Assembly: GCA_026770705.1 (NCBI GenBank)
Contig: JANJGN010000009.1
Span: forward strand, 67,208,001 to 67,272,000
DNA from: Isurus oxyrinchus
Taxonomy: Eukaryota
Direction of reading: 5' to 3'
DNA length: 64,000 nt
The notes beneath the pieces are model-generated. The model saw only the letters and a list, made by a program, of their open reading frames with translations, was not told where the DNA came from and ran no database searches. The translations under genes and the position numbers were made by a program. Below are positions 26,476 through 39,565 of the stretch, piece by piece. Within the stretch, counting starts at the first letter, position 1. Every line of letters begins with the position of its first letter.

Positions 26476-26655
26476 CATATGGTTATGTTACTGGACTAGT
26501 AATCCAGAGGCCTGGGCTAATGATCCGTGGCTATAGTTTAAATCCCATCATGGCAACTAGAGAATTTAAGCTCAATTAATTAAATAAATTCGTAATGAAA
26601 AGCTAGTATCAATAATCGTGACCATAAAACTACTAGATTGTTGTAAAGCCCTGTC
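26476..26655 (+). mobile_element. tRNA-derived SINE head, same as the 5' end of the LINE at 7499
   Basis: actggactagtaatccagaggcc..gtttaaatccc..aaaagctagt aligns with 7520-7690. Confidence 0.75.
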
Positions 26656-27202
26656 TGATAACAGGGTGGGGGGGAGTGCTGGGGGGGCAGACAGGAAATT
26701 GGAATTGAGGCCTTGATCAAATTAACCATGATCTTCTTGAATGATGGAGCAGGCTCAAGGGACAGAGTTATCTGCTGCTGTTCCTATTTCTTATGTTCTT
26801 AAATCATTACTCCTCTGAAACGACAGCAACTTCTGGAGTTCACACATGAACAGCGAGACATGGAAATGCAGAGGTTGTTGTCAGTGATTCTATGTGTCTA
26901 CCAAAGGTATACTGTTGAGGTGCCTCCCTGCATCATGCAATCAGTTGAAAATTATTGAACTGTTGAGAGCTCCAGCTCTTGGTTCATTACAAAAACACCC
27001 GAAAAAGTTGCACATTGCTGAAAGAAGTGTAACTGGGTTTTTAGCATCATATTAAGTTCATAATTACTGCTAAACAGTCTCGCTGGCCTTAAAAAACTAA
27101 TTTTATATTTGTTGCCTGGCAAATTACTCCATAAGGATCGGTATTTCCATAAAGTTTAGAAATATTTTTCAGGTTTCTTTATGATATTTTATCTTCTACA
27201 TT

Positions 27203-27901
27203 GGGCAGGATTTTCCGGTCAGCGAGCGGGGGGGCGGGGCCAGCTCGCCAATGCGTAAAATTATGCACGGTGATGTCAAGTGGACTCCCGAAGTCACTGC
27301 TCCCCATTTAAATTTTCAAGTAGGCAGGGGCACAGCAAAATCAGCTGAGTGCCCGCCGACCTGTCAATGGCCAATTGAAACCATTGACAGAGTCATTTAA
27401 CTAATTACTGGACCTGCCCGTCCAACCTTAAGGTTGGTGGGCAGGCCATGAGCCCTGGCGGGAATTAGAAAAAGCATGAAACCTCATCCATGGGCAGGAA
27501 GAGGTTTCATGTAGGTTTTTAAAAATTTTATTAAAGTTTTTGTAAAAATTATGGACGTGTCCCAACTCCTGTGACATTGTCACATGAGAGAGACAAGTCA
27601 GGGAATTTTTTTTTCTCTATTTTTAATATTTTTACTGTAGAGCCGATCTCCCTGAGACAGCACTTAGCCTCAAGGAGATATGTGCGCTCTTTCGTGTGCA
27701 TGCGCGAAAGAGTGCACTCTCGATTTAGGGATTCCCCCCCGCCTGCACAGGGAGTGCATAGCATTTCCATGTGGACGTCACACTGGGTGGGCCTTAATTG
27801 GCCCGCCCACGTAAAATGGCGCTGCACCCACCATCGGGGGCCCCAATCGGCAGTGCTGATTGGGGGCACACCTGTACGCACCCTCAATTCAACTTTGCCC
27901 C
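27203..27901 (+). mobile_element. Harbinger-type MITE (~700 bp), right TIR partly deleted
   Basis: Left TIR gggcaggattttcc, family palindromes, flanked by ATT on both sides. Confidence 0.88.
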
Positions 27902-27906
27902 ATTAT

Positions 27907-28601
27907 GGGTAGGATTTTCCCCCCATCGGGGGTGAAGTTGAATTGCAAGCACGCACAGGCGCACCTCCGATCGGCACCCTCAATTGACGGCGCGGTATCA
28001 TTTTACGTGGGTGTGCCAATTAAGGCCCACCCAGTGCGTCATTTGCACAGAAGCGCTATGCACTCTCTGTGTGGGCTGAGAGGGGGAGGGGGCAATCCCT
28101 AAGCCAGGAGTGCGTTCTTTTGCGCATGCGCATGAAAGAGCGCATTCATTTCCCTGAAGCTAAGTGCTGCCTCAGGGAGATCGGCTGAAATATTAAAAAT
28201 AGTAAAAAAAAATTCCTGGCGTCCCCTCATGTGACACTGTCACATGGGTTGGGACATGTCCATAATTTTTACCAATACTTTAATAACATTTTTTAAAACC
28301 TACATGAAACCTCATCCCGCCGGTGGGTGAGGTTTCATGCATTTTCTAATTCCCACTGAGACTCCTGGCCTGCCCGCCAATCTTAAGGTTGGACGGGCAA
28401 TTCCATTAATTAGTTAAACGACTCTGTCAATGGCCTCAATTGGCCATTGACAGGTCAGCGGGCGCACAGCTGATTTTGCTGCACCCCCGCCTACCTGAAA
28501 AGTTAAAGGGGGTGCGGTGATGTCTGGAATTCCCCCCGACATCATTGCGCATCATTTTACACATCGGCCCTGCCCCGCTCGCCGACGAGAAAATCCTGTC
28601 C
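27907..28601 (-). mobile_element. Harbinger-type MITE, inverted relative to its neighbour
   Basis: TIRs gggtaggattttcc / gaaaatcctgtcc, same palindromes in reverse order; flanks TAT and CAT. Confidence 0.88.
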
Positions 28602-29988
28602 CATGTGTACATCCCCATCATCCATTTCACTATGTATAAAAAGAATTAAAACTTCAAGTGATGAGATTTGGTGGTTTTTACTTCCTAGTTTGCTGTCTGA
28701 AAATATTTCAGTGTGATTGGCTGCTGATCTTGTTTGAAGACATCATTGTTACTGGACACCTGGCAATACCCTTGACTTGGCATAAGATTCAGACCGACAT
28801 CTGGAAAAGGGAAATCCACACTACAGAATCACTAGATCTTTGTGAACAGCTTTCTTCAAGATAAATGGTGAGTGCTGACCTTTGAGTGTATGCAAAGAAA
28901 ATTGTAATGTCTTATATTTCTGCAATCTCTGACATATAATGAAGTACAATACAAGATCTTCAGTTTTGCAGGAATTATTTCAGTATTTTGTTTTAATAAA
29001 TCAGATTGAAATTTCAAGTGAGGGCACAAAGAGAGAAAATTCACCATGAGGTGGATAAAATGTCAGCACAACTGTCATGTAACTTGCATATATGTATTGT
29101 TTTATTAATGTTCTGATATAAAGAGGTGTGTAACATAATTATATTCTACTGCCTTTCCAGCTGAATTCACATTGCTGTTGGCTTATTCCTGCTGAGATTG
29201 CAGGATGATCAACCTGCTGGTATTGAGTTTACAATGGGTCATCTGGACAATTAAATTTAATGGAATTTTTATTGCTTAAAATGAAAGAAGGCTATGATCC
29301 TCGAGATAAAAGCAGGATAATATTATCGGGACATTAAGTTCATATTTTATGATAGTAATTAAAAAATTAATATGAGATGAGTTGCAGCAAAAGACATTTT
29401 TTCTCTCGAGTAGCTATAGTAAGAAGGTTGACTCTGTTTTAAAAAATTTTATAAACCAATCTTAATTTGGAGAATATGTATTCAGTTCTTGGAAATGGAA
29501 ATATTGTGAAGTGTCATGACAGAAATGGTAGCATGACACATCCAGGTGATAAAAGGATGGTTTGAGAAACTGGATATAAATATAATTCTTGAAGATTTCT
29601 CAGTAAAGATTATTGCTTGAGGAACAATGAAATGGGATATGTACTACTAGTTATTAAATTATTTGGATAAAGGGGAAAAAGTTATAATAAAAGCTAAAAT
29701 TCCTGAAGATCAAAATAGAAAAAGGAAATCTCGAAAAGCAAGAGTTGAAAAAGGAGACCTGTCATTGCAATATCTTTGTTGCTTAGGCCAGAGGTTCTCA
29801 ATCTTTTTCCTTCTGAGGCCACCCCCCCCCCCCCACCCCACTCTACCCCCCAGCCAATGTTATAAACATTTCACGAACTCCCTGTAATACAAGAATAATC
29901 TGTGGAAAAAGATTCTTACAATTAAATATATGTATTTATTACCTTTTCCACTGACAGTGAACTGAGGTATTGTTTTTGTCCCGTTAGT

Positions 29989-29991
<3 letters not shown>

Positions 29992-30022
<31 letters not shown>
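29992..30022. repeat. (TA)n microsatellite
   Basis: About 15 consecutive TA units. Confidence 0.95.
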
Positions 30023-30025
<3 letters not shown>

Positions 30026-32540
30026 TCAAAACTGAATGGACTATTTTCAGTGAAAGTTGGTACCTAGATAGGTTAAGGCCTGGGAAAAAACTGATTTGTT
30101 TTTGACAAAGATGCGAATTCAGATCTGGATCTTGGAATTTTTTAAAGGATCTTTTAACATTGGGGAATAGGACAAACTGACTTTTAGAATGTTTTGGCTT
30201 GTTTTATTTTGAATGTTGTTAATTATTTTAGAATGTTATGGATTGTCTCAGCTGCTGTGGTGGAATTTTCACAGCTATCAAAATGTGAGCAGAGTTTCCA
30301 GAGTAGGTTGTTGGATATGGATTGGCTTGAAGCCTCATCAGTGAGATAGAAGCTCTTACTTAAAAAGATTTTTTTTTCAGTTTTGCAGTAAGAAAGCATC
30401 AACCACATAGGAAAAAGCCTCAAGGGCAATGTAATCATGATAGCATGGCAAATGCATGGGCTCTACTGAGTCCCTCCTCACTTGTTATTTTTGTTTTGTA
30501 TATCTAATGTGAAACTAAATGGGAACACATTTGGTGCTTGAAAATACAGTGCTGTCATCCATAACCAACCCAAAATAAACCAGCTGGATCAGAGAGCACG
30601 CTGGAAAACAGACCCCCTCACCTGCACAACTGAGTACAAAGCACCCATTGTTTACCTCAGATTTACCTGCCATGCCTTCAGTATTGCTGCCTTACTCTTG
30701 TGAAAGAACATGAATGGTTCAGACAAGCTCCAGTGTGGCCAGTGTTTAACATTTCCGAGGCATCAGTGCAACTACAGTATCTGACATGCTCAATTACTCA
30801 TAGTCCTTGCATCACATCATAGAAAAATGTGCATTCTAGTTGTACAATCTTACTGTCTATCAATGGGAAGGCTAGTCCTTTCAGCCCTTCACTTTTTCTA
30901 TTTAGGCTTCGGGGGATTTTTGCACCCGGCCTGTTTAAATTAGAAACCATTGTAGTGGTACTTTAATTTCAAGCTAAATTTGATTTCACTCTAACCCCAT
31001 TCTCAGTGCATTATTTTTAGTCCTTACTGCCACCAGACACAACAGGAGGGACACTGTTGGTGTTGGATGATGCTGCTTCTCCTCCTAACGCCTTTCACAT
31101 CAGCCTGGGAGGGAGTGGGTATGCAATTGTGAGGAATTGAGGGAGTGAAGTGCAGAGCAGGTCAGCTTCTAGTGTGTGGCTCAGCTTCAGTGGCATGTTG
31201 CAGGTAGAACCCCTAAAGTGACATTGCTGTTGCAGGAAGAAGGGCAGTCTGAATCCAATGAGTGCAGGTTTTGCAAACGGCATGGGGGCGATTTGGGCAG
31301 TGACAGCTCCTTCTCTATAACCTGCACCTCACCCCTAATATGGATCCCTGGAAACTTCTCACAGTGCACGTGGGATTTGTGGACCCATGATTAAGAACTC
31401 TTGTCTTAGGTAACACAGTAGGAAACTGAGGTAACGTATGAAATACCTGAAGTTGAATCAAGAAAACAAACTTCAACTAAGAAATTTTTTAAAGTTTTTA
31501 GTTTTGCTACCAACATTCTGTTTGCTTAAAGTATTGTAGCTATTCCTGAAATACATGACAATTACATCTTTTTGCATAAGCAGTGATTTATATAGTCAAA
31601 TTACCAATACTTTTCTGTGCATTATCAGATGTACAGAAGGGACAAATGATTCATGTTAGAAGTTGACAAATGGCATGAGGATATTTGCACATTAAATTCC
31701 TGCTCCCCCAAAAAAGCTCTTTGAATTTTGTGTATATGTGAGAAGTAATATTCCTTTCCAGGTAATGTTCATTTTCACTTTTCATAGCTGAGAAGCTGGA
31801 GATAATTTCTACTGAGGCCTCAGCCAATGAAGCGAGTACAAAGGAGAGCTGAAGGATGATATGGCCCTTGATTGGTGTCATTCCATAATAATATGAGTGA
31901 CACTAAAATGTCAGCATCCATGGATGTGCATGCAAAGCCACACCATCATTTTCGTGGCACTCCATCTTTGCCAGTTGAATTTACAGCACCATCATGCCGC
32001 ATATAATTGAAGTGATTAAAATTACCAAGGTCAGGCACCTTGCTCTCTAATGCAAAATGTGACTTTTTCTGATCGTGTTGTATCCATCAAATGCACCCTG
32101 AGTATCTTGATATTTTCAGGATCTTATAGTTAATAAGAAGGAGGAAAGCTGCTACTATTTGTATTCTGCTTTGAATTTAATTGGACATGGTGTCTAGTAA
32201 CTCATCAGTATAAGATGACCCCATTAAAATCTTATTCAGTCAGCCGTCATCCCAGATGTTCTCAGTGCATTTTAATAGTAACTGTTTCATGTAGAACAAA
32301 TAATTAAACATAACATCAGCTGGAGGTACTGTTTGCATTCATTAAAATAATGCAACAGCAAAAACTTTAACAGGAAACACAGTAATGAATGATCCTTAAG
32401 CTAAAGCTTACACTTATCCAAATAACTGTTCTGAAGTAGTTTGCATAATTTACAACCAGGACACTGCTACACTCTTAGGCAAATTAAACAGATTTTAGAC
32501 ATGAGAATGCTCTAATAGTCAGGACAATTTGAATGCATTA

Positions 32541-33613
32541 TATTACGCCCAGGTGAGGAGGAGTGAACTGGCTTCCCTTTATTTTCAGCCTCCTCAGTTG
32601 ATTGCAAAAAGGTCTTTTTAAATTTATTTTCCCCGTAGGTGCCTTTTCCGATCCAGATGTATTTATTTGTTAATAAGAAGCCAATAAAACCAGGTTTCCT
32701 TGAGTCAAAGAAAGAGTTACTAAAGCCGAGGAAAAAAAATGACTGATGTGACGATACACATATGAAGATCTCATAAGTAAGAGAAGTTTAAGGCCAAATA
32801 AAAATTAAAGGAATATAGGAGCAAGTCCTTTGCCTATCCTTAAGCCATAGATTATTGAATGTTTTGAAGCCTTTTGAAGTTAGCTGGTTTCCTGGAGTTG
32901 AATTAAAGTCCAGATAACTGCCGTTTTCTAGAGATAAGATTAACTTCAGAGAGAGAAGAGAGAGAGAGAGATTTCTTACTGCTCTCTTTAGAAGTTTTTC
33001 CAGATGACTTCAATGACTCCTCTCTCTGGCTTGACAAAACCAGTTCTTAAACCTCTGTCTGGCTTGACAAAACCAGTTCTTAAACCTTCTGTCTGTATAC
33101 TCCATGAAAGGAATTTGATTGCCTTGTAGTCATTATTGTAGAACAAGTAATCACATTTTTGATCTTTCATCTAAGAAACTTTTGACACATTTCAAGATAG
33201 TAGAAATAAACAGGAGATGTGGTTATTTTGTCCACCACAGGGGTTTTTGGGCGTAATTAGCTGGCTAGCAGTTCCCATTATCTTGACAGAATTACAGTTG
33301 ATGAAAGTCCAGCACTTTACATTTTTAATGCCTTTCTTTCAAGGTTTCCTTTTTGAAATGGATCTTGATACCCCCCAGGTGTGAAATTCCATGCAATATG
33401 TCAGGACAAGGCTACAGTGCAATCCATGTAGGAGCTTTCCAGAAAAGTGGTCAACTTACAATACCAGGAATCAAGTGGTAGCCATCTTTAGTCAGTGTCT
33501 TTTCTTGTATTTTGTTTTTAAAGAACATGCCCACTTTAAATAGTTCAGTTTTTGGTTAGCTGGTGAGGTTATGGGTAGATCTCACTCAGCCACAAGTTCC
33601 TGTCATCTTGACA
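32541..33613 (-). mobile_element. Solo LTR (~1.07 kb) with an internal 33-bp tandem duplication at about 33021-33090
   Basis: Minus-strand start TGTCA, 4-bp TSD ATTA on both sides, ends homologous to 52221 and 56837. Confidence 0.75.
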
Positions 33614-36048
33614 ATTATTGGACTTATTTACAAAGCAATTCCTTGGTGCCGATATCATGTTTTCAATAATGATGAGAAATGAAAAGAGTGCTTTTGGATA
33701 TGCAAATATACTTTGACACTGGCACTACCATAGTCATATCCTAGTGAAGTATAGTGCATAATAAAAGACAGAGAGATCAGCTGTCTGAGAGGAGGGAAAT
33801 GCCAAGAGCAGCAAAGCTACAAAGACTGTGGCAAAAGGAAGGTGAGAGCTCAGTCTGAGAGGTGAGAAGAGTGAGAGCAGCTGCACCACAAGGATTGGGA
33901 AGAGGGTAGGCAAGAACTCCATCCAAGAGTCGAGAAACAGCAAGAGCAGTGGGGCTACAAAAAGCAGCTTCAGCTTCCAGCTCTGAGTTTGAGAGAGAGA
34001 AAAAAATTCAAAACAGAGACCTCACGGGAAAGCTGTAAGTCGATTGGTTGGTGAGTAACTGCTGTTAGGAACTGACTGTAAAGAGCTGGAATTTAGGAAA
34101 ACATAAACTTTTAAATAACCATAAAGTACCTACCTTATAATTAATTTAGAGACACTAGCAGAAGGGAAGTAAGAAACTAATAAGTCCATTATTTATTTTA
34201 TTTTTAACCGATAGCATTTATTGTAAGTGGTGGTGAGAGGAAACATTAATTTAATTCAAAATTAATTAAGAAAATAATTAGTTACATAATTAAGATACAA
34301 TAAAGATGGCAGGGCAGGTGAGGTATTGCAACTGCAGGATGTTGGTGCCCCAGGATGTCAGCGTGACCCAGTGCAAACACAACTGCAGTAAGTGTCTATG
34401 GCTTGAGGAGCTTTGGCTCACAGTCATTGAGCTGGAGACCAAACTGTGGAAACTGTGACACATCAAGGAGGGGGAATGTTATCTGGAAACTTTGCTTCTG
34501 GAGACAATTACACTTCTTAGAATAGGGTCTTCTATTTTTGTCAGTGGTCAGGGGCAGAAGTGTGTGACTGCAAGTTCAGCAGGGGATCAAAAATGTAGAA
34601 GTGGAGAAGCCTCAGCCTTTGCAATTGTCCAACAGGTTCAAGGTGCTTGCAGTCTGTGAGTGGGGACTGCAGGTGGATAAACAAATTGACAATAGCACCA
34701 TGGCACACCAAGCCATTCAAACCAGGGGAGTTATCATGAATATACTGGTGGTAGGGGACAGTATAGGGATGCAGCCAAGAGTGAGAGTCCAGAAGGCTGT
34801 GCTGCCTGCCCACTGCCAGAGTTTGGAACTTGCAGTGGGAGGGGAAGGATTCAGTGGCCATAGTCCATGTTGGTACTATTGACATAGGTAGGACTAGGAA
34901 AGGGGTTCTGCTTAGAGACTATGAGCAGCTAGGGACTAAATTAAAAAGCAGAATATCAAAGGTAATATTCTCTGAATTATTAGCAAATTGGTGTAGGTTA
35001 AATAGACTAGAAATTTAAATTGTGGCTAAAAGAACTGGTGTAGGAAAATTCCCAATTCCTGGGGCACTGGCATTAGAATTAGGGAAAGTGAGAGCTGTTC
35101 CATTGGGATGGGCATCACCTCAACCAATGTCCTGGTGAGTTGTATAACTAGGGCAATAGAGAGGCTTTAAACTAAATAACGGGCATGATGGAAGATATGA
35201 TAAACTAAAGAGAGAGGAGAAGGTAAGAGAGCAGGGTAGCAGTAGGAGAATGATTATCAGAGTGTGGCAGGAAGGGACAGAGTGAGCAAACATAAGAATG
35301 TACCAGTAGTTAAGGCTAGGATTGTGAAAATAATAAGGCAGAATTAAAGGCACTCTGCCTGAATGCACGCAGCATTCCCAGCAGGGTACATGAATTGACA
35401 ACACAAATAGAAATAAACAGGTATGGTCTAATTGCCAATCTGGAGTCATGGCTTCAGGGTGACCAAAGCTGGGAACTGAAAGTTCAAGGGTATTTAGCAT
35501 TTTGGAAGGATAGGCAAAAAGGAAAAGGAGGTGTGGTTGCGCTGTTAATAAAGGATGGGATCAGAGAGCGACGATCTTGTATTGGAAGGTCAAGATGTGG
35601 ATTCAGTTTTGGTGGAGCTAAGAAATAGCAAGAGGCAGCAAACTTTAATAGGAGTTTGGTGTAGGAGTAGGAGTACCAGGACATTTATAGGTCACCAAAT
35701 AGTAATGGTCATATAAGGCAAGGTATAAATCAAGAAATTAGAAGTGCATGTAACAAGGGTAAGTCAGAAATCATGGAGGGGGGGGGGGCTTCATTCTACA
35801 TATAGACTGGATAAACTCAATTATCACTAATGCTGAGGAGGACCAACTCCTGGAATGTATACGTGATGTTTTTCTAGAACTGTATGTTGAGGTACCAACT
35901 AGGGAATGGGCTATTTTGGATGTAGTATTGTACAATGAGAAATGGCTCATTTATAATATCATTGTAAAGGAGCCTTTAGGGAAGAGTGACCATAATATGA
36001 TAGAATTTTATATGAAGCTTGAAAGTGATGTAGTTTAATCCGAAACTA

Positions 36049-36178
36049 GGGCTGGGATTTTCCAACCCCATTGCGGCAGGACCCACCACTGAGGATGTGG
36101 TGGCCCAGGCAAAAGTCCATTGACCTTTGGCAGGAATGGATAATCCTGGCAATGGGCGGGGCTGGAAAACCCTACTCC
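36049..36178. mobile_element. Short MITE inserted in CR1
   Basis: TIRs gggctgggattttcc / ggaaaaccctactcc, TSD CTA; removing it restores gaaactagggtc. Confidence 0.85.
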
Positions 36179-37116
36179 CTAGGGTCTTTAATCTAAACAA
36201 AGGTATGAAGAGCAGTTGTCTGAAGTAGATTGGGGAACAACATTAAAAGGTCTGACAGTAAAAGAGCAACGTCTAGCATTTAAAGAATTAATGCATTGTT
36301 TGCAACAAATTTACATCCTTTTAAATGCAAAAAGCCAGCAGGAAAAGTGATCCAACCATGGCTAACAAGGGAAGTTAAGGATTCTATTGGATCAAAGGAA
36401 GAGGCTTATAAAGTTTCCAAAAAAAAGTAGTAAGTCTGAGGTTTGGGAACATTTTAAAATTCAGCAAAGGAGATCTAAGAAATTGATAAATAAAGAGAAA
36501 ACAGAACATGAAAGAAAATTAGCAGGGAACTTAAGGAAAAGCTTCTACTGGTATGTAAAAAGGAGAAGGTTAGTAGAGACAAATGTGGGCTTATTACAGG
36601 CAAAGAATAGAGCATTTATAATGGATCATAAGGAAATGACAGATAACTAAACAAATACTTTTGTGTCTGTCTTCATTGAGGAAAATACACAAAACATCCC
36701 TGAAATATTGGGGGGCCAAGGGACTAGTGAGATTGAGAACCTATAAGAAATTGGTATTCGTAAAAAAAGTAGTGCTGGAGAAATTAATGGGACTAAAAGT
36801 TTATAAATCCCCTGGACTGATGATCTACATCCCAGATTGTTGAAACAGGTGCCTATAGGGATAGTGGACGCATTGGTGATTACCTTTCAAAATTCCATTG
36901 ATTCTGGAATAGTGCCTACAGATTGGAAGGTAGCAAATGTAACCCCATTATTTAAGAAAGGAGGGAGAGAAAAAACTGCAAATTACAGACCTGTTAGCCT
37001 TACATCAATAATAGAGAAAATGCTACAATCTATTCTAAAGGATGTGATAACTGGGCACTTAGAAAGTAGTGGTGAGATTGGGCAGAGTCAACATGGGTTT
37101 TTGAAAGGGAAACCAT

Positions 37117-37814
37117 GGGCAGAATCTTCTGTTCAGCGTGCAGGGGCGGGTCCCGCACGCCGACACGTAAAATGACACACGGTGACATCAGGCGTGCGTC
37201 CCTACATCATGCATTATTCCGATCCTTAGTTTGGCAGGTGCGCATCGGAGTCGGCTGCGCGCCTGCCGAACTGTCAAAAGCCTGTTAAGGCCATTAATAA
37301 ACTAATTGAAGTCAGGGCTGTCCATCCAACCTTAAGGCTGCCAGGCAGGCAAAGAGCTCAGGCGGCCTTCGCATTTTTCATGAAACCTCATCCATGGGCG
37401 GGATGAGGTTTCATGAAGGATTTATTAAAGAAATAAAAATTTTTATCAAAATTTATGAACATGTCCCAGCTCATGTGACACTGTCACATGAGGGAACATG
37501 AACATGTCTGAGTATTTTTTTCTTCATTTTTTTCAATGTTTCACAATGGGCGAAAGAGCGTAGGCCCTAACTCTCCCTCCTCACCCCCCACCGTTCCAAC
37601 CACCTCACACACCGCACCCCCCCCCCCCCCCCCCCCCCCCACCCCACAACACAGGTGTCGATGAGAGCTTCTGGGTGTGCATTGCATTAGACAGGCCTTA
37701 ATTGGCCCACACATGTAAAAAGGCGGCGCACAGCTGATCACGGGCAGCAATCAGCTCCGCACCCCCCCGTGCCTGCTCCCAACCAGCCCGCCCGACAGGG
37801 AGAAAATTCTCTCC
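37117..37814 (+). mobile_element. Harbinger-type MITE inserted in CR1 RT
   Basis: TIRs gggcagaatcttc / gaaaattctctcc, TSD CAT/CTT; splits CR1 QHGFLKGK from CLT.LLEFLE. Confidence 0.9.
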
Positions 37815-38964
37815 CTTGTTTGACAAGCCTGTTGGAGTTTTTGGAGGATGCCATTAACAGAATAGTAAGGGGTGAAACAGTAGATATGGTGTATTTGGAT
37901 TTTTAGAAGTCTTTCAGTAAGGTCTCACATAGTGAAGTTAATAAACAAATTTGGAGCTCATGGGATTGGGGGAAATATACTCGCATGGATTGAGAATTAG
38001 TTAACTGATAGAAAATAGAGAGTAGGGATAAATGGATCATTCTCAGGTTGGCAGGCTATGACTAGTGGGGTACCGCAAAGATCAGTGCTTAGACCCCAGC
38101 TATTCACAATATATATCAATGACTTTGATGTGGAAACCAAATGTAATATTTCCAACTTTACTAAGGACACAGAACTTGGTGGGAATGTGAATTGTGAAGA
38201 GGATGCAAAATGGCTTCAAGAAGATTTATACAGACTAAGTGAGTGTGGAAGAACATGGCAGATGGAATATACTGTGGAAAAATGTGAAGTTATCCACTTT
38301 GGTAGGAAAAACTGAAATGCGGAGTATTACTTAAACGGGGAGAGATTGAGAAGTGTTGATGTCTGAAGGGTCCTGGTGTTCTTATTCATTAGTCACTGAA
38401 AGCTAACATACAGGTGTAATAAGCAATTAGAAAGGTAAATTGTATGTTAGCCATCACTGCAAGTGGATTTGAGTATAGGAGTAAAGAAGTCTTTTTGCAG
38501 TTGTACAAGGCCTTGGTATGGCCACACCTGGAATATTGTGATGTTTTGGTCTCCTTACCTAAGGAAGGATATACTTGCCATAGTGGGAGTGCAACAAAGA
38601 TTCACCAGACTATTCCCTGGGATGGCAGGATTGTCCGTTAAGAAAACATTGAGGAGACTGGGCTTGTATTCTCTAGAGTTTAGAAGAATGAGAGATGATC
38701 TCATTGAAGTGTACAAAATTCTTTCAAGATTCAGCAGAGTAGATACAGGACGAACGTTTCCCCTGGTAGGGTGGTCTAGAAGCAGGGGACAAAGCCTCAG
38801 AATACGAGGTAAGTCATTTAGGACTGAGATGAGGAGGAATTTCTTCAGTCAGAGCATGATAAATTGCAATCAATGAATTCATTGTGACTCGCAGTTGCAA
38901 TGGCAGGTAAACACTGCCACCAATTTGTTTACAGTGGGGTGCCACACTCAACAATGACAGTTAA

Positions 38965-39085
38965 ATTTGTTTTTGATAGTTTTGCTTAAGGGATAAGTTG
39001 GTCAGAACTCCAAGAGAACCTCCCTGCTCTTCTATGAATAGTGTTATGTAATTTTATACAGCCACTTGAGCAAGTAGATGGGTGT
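38965..39085 (-). mobile_element. Deu-domain SINE fragment
   Basis: Reverse complement resembles 45700-45810 (gaagagcaggga..ttatccctt). Confidence 0.55.
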
Positions 39086-39565
39086 CATGATTATTTATTC
39101 ACTTCATAGTACTTTGTGGAACACACATCTGACAATCATTGTGAAGTAGCCACAGATGATGCTGTGAAGGAGAATACGTAGAGAAAAACAGCATGAACCA
39201 ATTGAATATAGAGTGTAGGGGATTCTAGTGGACATTAGAAAGGGTATAAGTTCTTCTCATTGAGCGCAAATGCAAAATGGACCATCCCAAGTAAGCGGTA
39301 CACTTTATACTCTGCATGATTTTTTTTTGTCCATTATCTTTAATGTAGAAGTAGTGTAAAGCTATTCATTGTTACCTTTTTTGCACCATTGACTTGCTGA
39401 ATTTCTACCCTAAGATTTCAAATATCTTACATAAATTTGCTTGAGGAGTATGACTAATGCAGAATATAAAAATTCAATAAACGAGAAAAGGGATAGAAAG
39501 CTGCAGAATAGAAGAAGTAAATGATAGCAGGTGGCATGTGTTAAAAATGGCACAAATTAATACTT

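Larger units (their letters stand above)
26805..28880 (+). mobile_element. Old non-autonomous repeat hosting the paired MITEs
   Basis: Aligns with 7290-7476 and 14443-14950 on either side of the 27203-28601 insertion. Confidence 0.65.
33770..38875 (+). mobile_element. Near full-length degraded CR1 LINE with ORF1 (Cys-rich N-terminus + SGNH esterase) and ORF2, interrupted by two MITEs
   Basis: ORF1 MAGQVRYCNCRM, ILVVGDSI, IVHVGTIDIGR; ORF2 GKGGVVALLIKD, WKVANVTPLFKKG..NYRPVSLTS, GVPQRSVLRP, LVWPHLEYC. Confidence 0.92.

Noticed and set aside
31787-31851. Possible terminal exon EKLEIISTEASANEASTKES*
   Set aside because: Good acceptor and compatible phase, but too short to distinguish from chance and no other support
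33021-33090. 33-bp direct repeat resembling a CRISPR repeat
   Set aside because: Adjacent tandem copies with no spacer, inside an LTR of a eukaryotic genome
37617-37640. Long poly-C run as a G-quadruplex or regulatory element
   Set aside because: It is an expansion of a C-rich patch in the MITE and homopolymer length is unreliable
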